From: a virus
Taxonomy: Duplodnaviria; Caudoviricetes
Virus record (IMG/VR): IMGVR_UViG_3300009597_000016
Location: 1-52,473 of that record
Strand: one strand, 5' to 3'
DNA: 52,473 nucleotides
The position numbers and the translations under genes were made by a program. The notes under the pieces were generated by a model. It worked only from the letters and a program-made list of their open reading frames with translations, searched no databases and was not told where the DNA came from. Below, one piece after another: positions 30,688 to 38,774 of this stretch (its first letter is position 1; each line of letters starts with the position of its first letter).

Positions 30688-32514
30688 ATGAAATATTTAA
30701 TTCTCCTGTTGTTTCCCCTGTCACTGCTGGCGCAGGACTCGCTACACATAGAAGAACTCGGTGTGTACGTGAAAACAACCGAAACGCCTCCACCCATCCC
30801 CGTGGATTCCTTCCTTACTATTGATAATGCCGTGAAAGGCATTCAGGGATACCAGCATAATTATACGGGTAGCTGGACCGAAGGAACCAGTGCCAATTGG
30901 TATGCCAGTACATTAACCTACACAGCGAATGGAACTGTAACCTTCCGCTTCAATGGAACCAAAATTGAATGGTACACGGAGAAAGGGCCGACTCATGGTA
31001 AGGTAGGAGTAACGGTCGATACTTCACCAGAAGTTATCATCGACCTGTATGCTCCTGCATTTGCTCAGAAGGTAAAAGTGTTTGAGCGTATCACCACGCA
31101 GGATATTCATACGATCAAGCTACGCTCAACTGGTACAAAGAATCCTGCATCCAGCAACACGTATTTGCTAACGGACTTCTTCAAGATCAAAGATCCTGGG
31201 TTTGTACCTGATACTGTACCGCCTATTCCTCCACCAGTAACTGGTGATATCATCGTATCACCCGGGCAATCCATCAAAGCCGCAGTAGAATCAGCGGCAT
31301 CGGGTAAGGTCGTAAGTCTATTGGAGGGTACTTACAACGAGAACCTAATCAATGTGCCGGTAGGAGTATCCGTGGTTGGGGCTGGTAAGCTGAAGACTAT
31401 TATCAACTTCACCGGAAGCATGCCACAGCAATCCGAGGCAGCGATGTTCCAACTTAAAGGCGGATCTCTGGTCCGTATTATGCCGATGACTATGGGTATC
31501 ACTGGCATCATGCTACTGGTTCTCTTGTGGTTAATAGCTAACTACGGACCGTGGGCAGCACGAATTAAAATAATAGTTACATCAGTCATCGTCGTTATCA
31601 TTATTGCAATCATCATCTACATTGTTAATGCTCCCAGGGCTTCTCAACAGGCAGCGGGTAACCAAACCATATCCGGGTTTACGATAAATGGAAAGTTTCA
31701 ATGCAACGGTGGCATTATGGTAGACGGTAGGGATGCGGTCAAGATATTGGATGTCAAAGTACAGGAAACAACCTACTTCGGAGCATGGTTAAAGAACACA
31801 ACGGGTAGTGAGTTTGCTAATAACGAACTAATAAATGGTAGTTGGGCTTCTGTTGGATGGGTAACCGGCGAACTTTGTGTGCATAATATTACTAACACTA
31901 TCATCCATCATAACTTCTTTAAGACTACACGCAATGATAAAGGATACGGTATCAAAGCACTGTGGCCTGATGGAACTGTAACTAATTCAAAGTTCTATAA
32001 TAACAAGTTTGAATTGACACACTTCTCTCTATGGAACAATGGGTCAGCGCCGAACATTGATATTGAACTGCATAATACGTTCTACAATGGCATTGAGATC
32101 TATGAGAATGACTTCTCCACGATGGGGTTATCATTAGCCTCTCACAGACCGACTAAAGGAGGTAGGACCATCGTACGCAACAATCGTTTCGTATGGTGTT
32201 CAACCGCTCACATCGAACTGGTATGCTCCAACATAACCATTGGTCCGGGTAACGTGTTCAACGGAGCGCCGATGCTGACGGCGAATTTCCAGCCCAATGG
32301 AAAGTGGACGGATATCATCGTAACCGGTAATACCTTCACCAGTAACGGGGCGAATCCATCCTGGGGAGGAACGCATTTGATAGGTGCTAACGGAATGGAC
32401 ATGACCATTACCAACAACACCTACAATCATTTAGGTGGCTATACCTTTGTAAAGCACATGGGGGCGCCTGCGAACAGTACAATAGTGGATACAGGCAACA
32501 CCAAGAACCAATGA
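30688..32514 (+). CDS. Signal-peptide protein with carbohydrate-binding and right-handed beta-helix domains and an internal TM hairpin
   Basis: MKYLILLLFPLSLLAQ signal; FNGTKIEWY...HTIKL module; SIKAAVESA...GTYNE beta-helix cap; NN/GN ladders. Confidence 0.65.
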   Translation: MKYLILLLFPLSLLAQDSLHIEELGVYVKTTETPPPIPVDSFLTIDNAVKGIQGYQHNYTGSWTEGTSANWYASTLTYTANGTVTFRFNGTKIEWYTEKGPTHGKVGVTVDTSPEVIIDLYAPAFAQKVKVFERITTQDIHTIKLRSTGTKNPASSNTYLLTDFFKIKDPGFVPDTVPPIPPPVTGDIIVSPGQSIKAAVESAASGKVVSLLEGTYNENLINVPVGVSVVGAGKLKTIINFTGSMPQQSEAAMFQLKGGSLVRIMPMTMGITGIMLLVLLWLIANYGPWAARIKIIVTSVIVVIIIAIIIYIVNAPRASQQAAGNQTISGFTINGKFQCNGGIMVDGRDAVKILDVKVQETTYFGAWLKNTTGSEFANNELINGSWASVGWVTGELCVHNITNTIIHHNFFKTTRNDKGYGIKALWPDGTVTNSKFYNNKFELTHFSLWNNGSAPNIDIELHNTFYNGIEIYENDFSTMGLSLASHRPTKGGRTIVRNNRFVWCSTAHIELVCSNITIGPGNVFNGAPMLTANFQPNGKWTDIIVTGNTFTSNGANPSWGGTHLIGANGMDMTITNNTYNHLGGYTFVKHMGAPANSTIVDTGNTKNQ

Positions 32515-33917
32515 ATATAACATTCACCGAAGACATCGAAGCTGGTAATTATATCCTGCTTCCTGAAGACGGATCTCCTGATCCTGATGAGCCGTGTATA
32601 TGTCTGGCCCAAGCCGGTACAACAACCACACTACCTGCTGGATCTCCGGCTGTAGTCACTTCACGGCTTGTAGATGATATAAATTACTTTGATTTTAAAA
32701 TTCCGCAAGGAATTCAGGGCATTCAGGGCATACCTGGACCAACGGGGCCACAAGGTCCTCCAGGCACAGGTGGTGGGTCAGGCGGTGGAACGCTTAAAGG
32801 TTACTTTGATGTCACTGCATACGGTGCTAAAGCCGATAGTACGTTCGATTGTGCGCCAGCATTTCAGGCCGCCATTGATGACGCCATCAGAGCGAAAGGA
32901 ACGGTATACATTCCAGCTACAGGTGCTGGATTCAACTACTATAGATTAAACAGCGGGTTAAATATCGTTGCTGATCCTAAGTACCCGGATAATCAGATCA
33001 ACATACGAATAACTGGTGATGGTCACTTGGCCCGACAGATAGTTTATCACGGTCCGAGCAACGGCTCCGTGTTTAAAATAATAGGGATGAAAGGTGGCTA
33101 CTTTGATAATGTAAAAGTAAACATTGCTGCTGGCGTTACCGGTGTTAAATGTTATGACATAGGAACAAGTGCTTACGCAGGTTCAACAGGTGGATTTTCT
33201 TTCCGGGATTGTCAAGCATTACTCAACTCAGGCGAAGGTAATACAGGGTGGAGAGTTGGCGCTGTATCCGCTGGCAGCGGTGCGGACATTTCAAACATTA
33301 CGTGGAGCAATTGTACCGTTGGTGGTGGACGAGTCTACGGGTATCCGGGACAGTATGGTTTTCACATCAATGGTGGAAATTCCTTACAGTTTACTTGGGT
33401 GGGTGGTGGAGCCTACTGGTGTGAGAATGCTTTCCGTTTGGATGCAGGTGGCTGTATGTATTGTTATGGTGTGGGTGGATCCGGTAACGCAATTGACTTT
33501 AAACAGAACTATGTAAACTCGCTTACAGTTGATGGAAATCGTTGGGAAAATGGAAAATTATTCTTAGATGTATCGGGTGCTGAAGGACACTCAAATATAA
33601 TGATCTCAAATCTTCACTTAGGAGATTATCGTCCAACGGACGGATACCTTTTCAGAACTAAACAGCCTGGAACCCTTATCATAGATGGATTATTCTTTTA
33701 TAATGAGGGGCTTCGGTTAATGACTGCTCCAATAGTACTCTTAGAGAGCAACTTTCATATCGGAAACTTCCACATGAGAGGAGGAGCCGTAATGAGTAAT
33801 GCTGCTTCACTTATACAGGTCGTTAGCCCTATCAATTGGAAAATAAGAACAACAACAGTAGGTAAAATGACTAAAGGATATTATTCGGATGCTTATTTCC
33901 CCGATATAACAACTTAA
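32511..33917 (+). CDS. Collagen-repeat / pectate-lyase-like beta-helix tailspike
   Basis: GIQGIQGIPGPTGPQGPPG followed by FDVTAYGAKAD...AFQAAID...VYIP. Confidence 0.75.
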   Translation: MNITFTEDIEAGNYILLPEDGSPDPDEPCICLAQAGTTTTLPAGSPAVVTSRLVDDINYFDFKIPQGIQGIQGIPGPTGPQGPPGTGGGSGGGTLKGYFDVTAYGAKADSTFDCAPAFQAAIDDAIRAKGTVYIPATGAGFNYYRLNSGLNIVADPKYPDNQINIRITGDGHLARQIVYHGPSNGSVFKIIGMKGGYFDNVKVNIAAGVTGVKCYDIGTSAYAGSTGGFSFRDCQALLNSGEGNTGWRVGAVSAGSGADISNITWSNCTVGGGRVYGYPGQYGFHINGGNSLQFTWVGGGAYWCENAFRLDAGGCMYCYGVGGSGNAIDFKQNYVNSLTVDGNRWENGKLFLDVSGAEGHSNIMISNLHLGDYRPTDGYLFRTKQPGTLIIDGLFFYNEGLRLMTAPIVLLESNFHIGNFHMRGGAVMSNAASLIQVVSPINWKIRTTTVGKMTKGYYSDAYFPDITT

Positions 33918-33935
33918 CTTTAAACAATAAAAATT

Positions 33936-34283
33936 ATGGCACTAGCAGGAACAATGAACACCACGCAAAAGATGCCTTTTACTTTTGCACCGGATCAACC
34001 ACTCGATGGACCTCTCACTTCTGTAGTAGAGGGAGATGCAACGGTAACAGTTGATGACCCGGAGACTGGCCTCACGGGCTTTATCGTATCGGGTGAAACA
34101 GCCGGAGCGGATGTAGTGGTAACTTTTACCGGTGACGGTGAACTTGGCCCAGGTGTAGCACACTTGCAGGAAGTGGTTACCATCACCATCACTGCACCGA
34201 ATGCAACTACGCTTGGTGGAACACTTGGAACACCAGTACCGAAAGAAGAGATAAATCCGCTGAGTAAAGCGAAGAAAAAATGA
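33936..34283 (+). CDS. Small Ig-like/beta-rich protein
   Basis: Thr/Val/Gly-rich; PNATTLGGTLGTPVPK near the C-terminus. Confidence 0.5.
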   Translation: MALAGTMNTTQKMPFTFAPDQPLDGPLTSVVEGDATVTVDDPETGLTGFIVSGETAGADVVVTFTGDGELGPGVAHLQEVVTITITAPNATTLGGTLGTPVPKEEINPLSKAKKK

Positions 34284-34594
34284 AAGTCAATATCATCTTT
34301 GAGTCTGTCAAAATCTACGATGTCGGGGATCGCCTCGATGTCGTAGTAGGACAGGCGTTCGGCATCGAAGTATTAGAGGCTGAACCTATGCCAGAGATAT
34401 TCACTAACCGGGATCCTATCCTGGAGATTGACAACGATGGCATTCATGCAAACGCACTATCACTCGGAGAATCGATCATCCGGTTTATGGATGGCGTTAC
34501 AGTGGTGAAGGATTTAACAATTGCAGTTGTTGAAGCTACTTCTCCTAACGCTACTACACTGGGTGGTATACTCGGTGATCCTGTACCAAAATGA
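34280..34594 (+). CDS. Small beta-rich protein sharing a C-terminal motif with the previous gene
   Basis: Ends in PNATTLGGILGDPVPK. Confidence 0.5.
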   Translation: MKVNIIFESVKIYDVGDRLDVVVGQAFGIEVLEAEPMPEIFTNRDPILEIDNDGIHANALSLGESIIRFMDGVTVVKDLTIAVVEATSPNATTLGGILGDPVPK

Positions 34595-34827
34595 AATTAC
34601 TCCTCCTGCTGATTCTACTGTCTGCTTGTAGCGCTACGCGACAACGGACAGTAGTAGTCAGCGTGTATGAGTATCCCATGCAACTCGATTCGGTAAAGAT
34701 ACCGGCAGATTCGATAGTTCATTACCGTCAGGAGATCCGCAAGCAGGAGAACAAAAAGAACTTCTGGAAGGGAGCCACCATCACCATGCTGCTGTTCATC
34801 CTACTGGAAATATTCCTCACTATATGA
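34591..34827 (+). CDS. Lipoprotein with C-terminal TM helix (unimolecular-spanin-like)
   Basis: MKLLLLLILLSA|C lipobox and hydrophobic C-terminus. Confidence 0.5.
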   Translation: MKLLLLLILLSACSATRQRTVVVSVYEYPMQLDSVKIPADSIVHYRQEIRKQENKKNFWKGATITMLLFILLEIFLTI

Positions 34828-35252
34828 TCGCATTTTCTTACGGTATAATGGTAGCGATTTCCTTTGTCACGCTGATAGGAGTGATCTACTCATGGATTGA
34901 AATGAAATTCGATCAGCGTTCGACAGTGGTATTTGATATGGATGGAGTTCGTTCCCCTGAAGAAATGAAGATCATCCACGAATACTATCTTCCCACCAGA
35001 GCAGCGGTGTTGATCCTGTTAACAATGGCCGCGGATATCCAAGCCTTCTGGCCATGGCTGGCGCTGTTTGTATTCTGTATGTCCATCTTCTGGATATGCT
35101 TCGATATCTTCTGTGCAGTGGTATGGCTGGGTAAGCCCTGGTATTATGCGGGAGATCCTCCACCGTTCGGGTGGGATCCTATACTGTTCTTCTTTCTGAA
35201 GGGAGCCATCCTGGCGGCAAGCTTATGGATCTACATCCGGTTGTCGACATAA
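34824..35252 (+). CDS. Multi-pass membrane protein (possible holin)
   Basis: About 4 hydrophobic segments at the end of the late operon. Confidence 0.45.
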   Translation: MIAFSYGIMVAISFVTLIGVIYSWIEMKFDQRSTVVFDMDGVRSPEEMKIIHEYYLPTRAAVLILLTMAADIQAFWPWLALFVFCMSIFWICFDIFCAVVWLGKPWYYAGDPPPFGWDPILFFFLKGAILAASLWIYIRLST

Positions 35253-35277
35253 AATAAAAGGGGCCGAAGCCCCCGTT
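35251..35277 (-). terminator. Intrinsic terminator after Ro60 (probably bidirectional)
   Basis: Minus strand GGGGC-TTCG-GCCCC-TTTTATTTT at the junction of convergent genes. Confidence 0.85.
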
Positions 35278-35284
35278 ATCACAA

Positions 35285-36694
35285 TTAAAGCAGAACAACA
35301 GAATTGATTTCATTAATGAGCGCTTTCTTATCCTGTTCCATCAACTTCATTATGTCAAACACTTTTTCGCTGAAGCCAGCAAGCGCATAGACATTGTGTT
35401 GTGGGAACTGCATGGATCCGTATCCTTGCAAGTCAAACGAATATACAAAAGGATCAGCCTTCAACTTTTGTTTGTATTGATTAAAAGTTGACACTGGTGA
35501 GTTACCACCCATCCACCCTTGCATATCAGACAGGATTATAATCCGATCATACGCTTTGTTAGCGGTCTGAAAGATTGCATGGAAGTTAGTTCCACCTGAA
35601 GAAAACTTCACCGAGTTTGCGATAGTGATCACTGAATCAGAGGAGTTAACGTTCACGTATTTAGCGTTCTCTTGAAACAGAATCAAATCGCAATCATTGG
35701 ACTTCACCAGCACCGCTGCAAAGAGCGACCCTATCTGCGCTGGCTTGCCATTCATCGAGCCGGACACATCCAGCACCACCAGGGTCCGTCCATCGAATTT
35801 AGGCACATTCGCACAGGCGATATCCACGGCTTGATTTAGGGCCTTTACAGTAGCTCTCACCTCTTGTGAGGAATCCAGCTTGTTAATTTCCTCAAACGCA
35901 GTGGTGAAACGGAAAGGCAGTACCAGTGACTTCCTGATCAGCTTCTCATCAACGAGCATCTCCAATGCTTGATCCAGCACCTCTGGAGCCTGTTCAATGA
36001 TGTTCCGCAGGTTCCGTAACAGGGCGAAGTAGCCGATCTTCCTGGTGAGGATAAGCTCCTTCCACGCATCCGACTTTGCCTCCGCTGCATCCTCAGCCTT
36101 GCCAGCCTCGGATAGCTTGGCCTCCCAGGTATCTTCAGACTTCAGCGTACCCGCTATTAGGGAGGCTAGCGCCTTCGCGTTCTTATCGACTGGCGTTGGG
36201 TGCAGGATGTTCGCTGCGTCCACCAGTGAGAATCCCTTGCCCTCTCCACGGTACTTGGCCAGCTGGTAGCCATCGAACTTGTCGAAAGCTTTAGCCAGAC
36301 CAGCCTTCATCGCGTGAGTCATCTTGCCCTTGGCATAGGACAGGATCTCGGTGATATCGTCAGGCCGGTACACCACGGAGTTATAGAAGCCTTTAGCACA
36401 TGGATTACCCTTGAGGAACCCCCCTAATTTCACTGCCGCTACGTGTGATATGGATCGCATACCAAACTTGGTACGTCCATACACAATGGCCTTGGCCGCA
36501 AATTCAGGATTGATCTTAGGCAAGAGAGACTCTAATCTATCGAAGCCAGTTTCTTCCTTCTGGTAGAACTGATTTTGCGCGAATGAAGTAAGCAGGATGG
36601 AAACGAATTCCAATTCTGGTGTCTGGGAGAAGGCCTCGCCTCCGGCCAGGTTGGTCACCTTGGTAGGTGATTCTTTAACATTGAACTTTGCCAT
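35285..36694 (-). CDS. rsr: Ro60/Rsr TROVE-domain RNA-binding protein
   Basis: NLAGGEAF, FGMRS, FDGYQLAKY, TWE, ALLRNLRNI, SLVLPFRF; vWA MIDAS DVSGSM; GGTNF; IIILSDMQ. Confidence 0.93.
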   Translation of the reverse strand: MAKFNVKESPTKVTNLAGGEAFSQTPELEFVSILLTSFAQNQFYQKEETGFDRLESLLPKINPEFAAKAIVYGRTKFGMRSISHVAAVKLGGFLKGNPCAKGFYNSVVYRPDDITEILSYAKGKMTHAMKAGLAKAFDKFDGYQLAKYRGEGKGFSLVDAANILHPTPVDKNAKALASLIAGTLKSEDTWEAKLSEAGKAEDAAEAKSDAWKELILTRKIGYFALLRNLRNIIEQAPEVLDQALEMLVDEKLIRKSLVLPFRFTTAFEEINKLDSSQEVRATVKALNQAVDIACANVPKFDGRTLVVLDVSGSMNGKPAQIGSLFAAVLVKSNDCDLILFQENAKYVNVNSSDSVITIANSVKFSSGGTNFHAIFQTANKAYDRIIILSDMQGWMGGNSPVSTFNQYKQKLKADPFVYSFDLQGYGSMQFPQHNVYALAGFSEKVFDIMKLMEQDKKALINEINSVVLL

Positions 36695-36698
36695 ATAA

Positions 36699-36738
36699 TT
36701 AAAATAAAAAGGTCACTAATCATCCTCTGATAGTGACC
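36699..36738 (-). terminator. Terminator/attenuator between the Y-RNA array and the Ro60 start
   Basis: Minus strand GGTCACTATCA-GAGGA-TGATTAGTGACC-TTTTTATTTT, ending a few bases before the Ro60 ATG. Confidence 0.75.
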
Positions 36739-36749
36739 CTTCAATAACA

Positions 36750-36874
36750 TGACAGGAAATACCTCAATCGGAAATTTAGCGCTCTACCATTGAGCTACTG
36801 GGTTTCCCCAGATTGGATTCGAACCAATAACCACTCGATCCACAGTCGAAGTAACCGATTAATCGTCACTGTCA
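36750..36874 (-). ncRNA. yrlA: YrlA-like Y RNA (circularly permuted tRNA mimic)
   Basis: Terminal stem UGACAG/CUGUCA; T arm AUUGG-UUCGAAU-CCAAU; closed acceptor stem CUGGG-GAAA-CCCAG; UA; D arm GCUC-AAUGGUA-GAGC; adjacent to Ro60. Confidence 0.85.
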
Positions 36875-36880
36875 AGATCA

Positions 36881-36948
36881 TTGATAGGAGAAATCGCTGC
36901 TGGGAGTGTTTCATTGCTCGAAGTATCCCAATGGCTCGTCACTATCAA
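36881..36948 (-). ncRNA. Short Y-RNA-like RNA 2
   Basis: UUGAUAG/CUAUCAA terminal stem, AGUGACGA motif, second stem, then UACUUCGA, as in the YrlA-like unit. Confidence 0.75.
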
Positions 36949-36955
36949 ATATGTA

Positions 36956-37024
36956 TAAGAGGAAATAATGTAGCTGGGTGTTTTCTGTAAGCTTTCGAAG
37001 TAACCCAACTGCTCGTCACTCTTA
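36956..37024 (-). ncRNA. Short Y-RNA-like RNA 3
   Basis: UAAGAG/CUCUUA terminal stem, AGUGACGA, AGUUGGGU/ACCCAGCU stem, UACUUCGA. Confidence 0.75.
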
Positions 37025-37156
37025 ATGTTTTTTTTCAATAAATTCTTGTACGATCCGTCTGATCATACTGGACACTGTCCTCTCCCCGTAATCGGGGGCC
37101 ATCTTCTTTAATTTTTTGACCCATTCGTGGTCTATCCAGAAGTTGAATCTCGTCAT
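37022..37156 (-). CDS. Ribbon-helix-helix (CopG-like) regulator, 44 aa
   Basis: Manually translated MTRFNFWIDHEWVKKLKKMAPDYGERTVSSMIRRIVQEFIEKKH; the stop codon overlaps the start of RNA 3. Confidence 0.65.
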   Translation of the reverse strand: MTRFNFWIDHEWVKKLKKMAPDYGERTVSSMIRRIVQEFIEKKH

Positions 37157-37218
37157 GGCGGTAGCAAGGTACAAAGGTGCGTATTAAATACATACAATTT
37201 TATTAACTATATTTACAT

Positions 37219-37404
37219 ATGCCTATACTATACCTAATCCTGCTGCTGGCCATACTGGGTGTGGTCATGTATCTAATCAACAAACATGTACCAATGGACG
37301 AGCCGTATAAGAAGCTACTTAACTGGGTAGTCATCGTCGCTGTAGTTATCTGGCTCTTGCGCGAGTTCGGTGTGTTTCATTACTTACGTGACATCACCGT
37401 CTAA
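37219..37404 (+). CDS. Small two-TM membrane protein (Thivi_2564-like)
   Basis: LGVVMYLINKHVPMDEPYKKLLNWVVIVAVVIWLL. Confidence 0.65.
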   Translation: MPILYLILLLAILGVVMYLINKHVPMDEPYKKLLNWVVIVAVVIWLLREFGVFHYLRDITV

Positions 37405-37615
37405 GCTGGATAAACCATACTACTCCGCAGAAGGTAGTGAACATCACCATCAGGTACACACCGTACATCATCTCCTCATTAGTCTTGGCGTGTGAATACC
37501 ACATCGGTACAATGATGAAGGCCAGTGAGATGATCACGCCTAACATGATGCAGAGGAGGAATCTACCAGCATAATACCAGATCGATACATCGTTTGGTTT
37601 TTCAAATGGATCCAT
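37394..37615 (-). CDS. Small membrane protein
   Basis: Two hydrophobic helices. Confidence 0.55.
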   Translation of the reverse strand: MDPFEKPNDVSIWYYAGRFLLCIMLGVIISLAFIIVPMWYSHAKTNEEMMYGVYLMVMFTTFCGVVWFIQLRR

Positions 37616-37916
37616 TATGTTTAGTTATAAGTGAACATATATAATATCTTGTACTCTCCCACCCTTCTGCTGGTAAACACATAACTATATTCTCAAGGCA
37701 TTTCAATAGTTCCGCTTTGTCAACCTGAAGTTGTTCACATTTATAATATAACTCATCTTTGACCTTTATTATTTGCTGTAGCCTCTCATTTTCTGATCGG
37801 GAAGCGGTAGCACCGTGTATGTAACCCTTTGCGTACATACGTTCATCATAGTCTGAGTGTCCCTGTCCAATGGAATACTTTCTAGCCTCGAGTACTATTT
37901 GTTCGTCATCCATCAC
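37602..37916 (-). CDS. Hypothetical protein (paralogue of 39201 and 42212 ORFs)
   Basis: ENERL...YKCEQLQVDKAELL segment. Confidence 0.6.
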   Translation of the reverse strand: MMDDEQIVLEARKYSIGQGHSDYDERMYAKGYIHGATASRSENERLQQIIKVKDELYYKCEQLQVDKAELLKCLENIVMCLPAEGWESTRYYICSLITKHNGSI

Positions 37917-38455
37917 GATACTATGATTGTTCGGTTGACTAATTTCGCTCCAGGTACGTCAATGCCCTCCATCAGATCGTGTTTGAGCCTTGCCTCATTC
38001 AGGTCAAAGTAGATCAGCGGGATCTTGGTGAGGTCAGTCACCGCTACTTCACGCTTGTTACGTGTATGTCCGTTGACCTGTACTTCTGTCTCTGCCAGCT
38101 TGCGCTCCAGTGTCTCAGGCTTGGTGATACGGCTATCCTCCAGTATCCGATACTTAGCTACAGCAGCGATACGCTCCTGCTCAGTATACCAGCTGTCCAT
38201 CTGTTCCTTGACTTGCTTGATACACGCCTCCAGTTTCTCTTCCAGCGGCTTGAAGTATTCACGAATCTGCTTGGTAGTTTCCAGCGATGGCTTGAGCGAC
38301 TTATCCTTGAGTGCCTTCGCTTCCTTCTCAGCCAGCTTGAAGGTTTTGAGCAAGCTGCCACCAGCCTCAAACTCTGCCTTGCTGTTACACTTGTAATCTG
38401 TTGCGCGGTTGATTTCACTCTTGAGTGATTTCTCCATTTTTACGATCTCTTGCAT
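37913..38455 (-). CDS. Siphovirus Gp157-like coiled-coil protein
   Basis: Coiled coil ending VTDLTKIP...GIDVPGAKL. Confidence 0.55.
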   Translation of the reverse strand: MQEIVKMEKSLKSEINRATDYKCNSKAEFEAGGSLLKTFKLAEKEAKALKDKSLKPSLETTKQIREYFKPLEEKLEACIKQVKEQMDSWYTEQERIAAVAKYRILEDSRITKPETLERKLAETEVQVNGHTRNKREVAVTDLTKIPLIYFDLNEARLKHDLMEGIDVPGAKLVNRTIIVS

Positions 38456-38628
38456 TATTCTTCTATGTTTAAAAAGTTAACGTATCTTTTATAAATATCT
38501 GATTCCTTACCAAATGTCCACCTGACTACAGGCTGAACCAACCACTGCAAAACAACAAGTATCAGTACGATGATGAATAGCATTAACAATCTGATGACTG
38601 TCCATACTACCGCTGCTATTTTTTCCAT
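38455..38628 (-). CDS. Small membrane protein (57 aa)
   Basis: Manually translated MEKIAAVVWTVIRLLMLF...; coupled to neighbours. Confidence 0.5.
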   Translation of the reverse strand: MEKIAAVVWTVIRLLMLFIIVLILVVLQWLVQPVVRWTFGKESDIYKRYVNFLNIEE

Positions 38629-38774
38629 CTGTTTTCAAGGTACTGTAAAACGTACTTGGCAAACTCGGTGAGAAACTCATGGTCATCGAACATGAAAATC
38701 TTTTCCTTTCGGATAACAGCGAGGTCATATCTTTCCTTCAGACGCTTGGCTGATTCTTTATTGAACTGGATCAT
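38616..38774 (-). CDS. Small hypothetical protein (52 aa)
   Basis: Manually translated MIQFNKESAKRLKERYDLAV...YVLQYLENRWKK. Confidence 0.55.
   Translation of the reverse strand: MIQFNKESAKRLKERYDLAVIRKEKIFMFDDHEFLTEFAKYVLQYLENRWKK

Noticed and set aside
36776-36850. Canonical tRNA-His gene
   Set aside because: The arms are in permuted order, the acceptor stem is 5 bp and closed by GAAA, and there is no CCA end. It fits a YrlA-like mimic better.
36790-36990. 66-aa plus-strand ORF
   Set aside because: Antisense to the structured RNAs, TTG start, and no protein-like features.
36750-37024. CRISPR array
   Set aside because: The shared parts are short split motifs within covarying stems, unit lengths differ, and no cas genes are present.
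38507-38728. 73-aa ORF from the track
   Set aside because: Two coupled ORFs in other frames (38616-38774 and 38455-38628) tile the region better.
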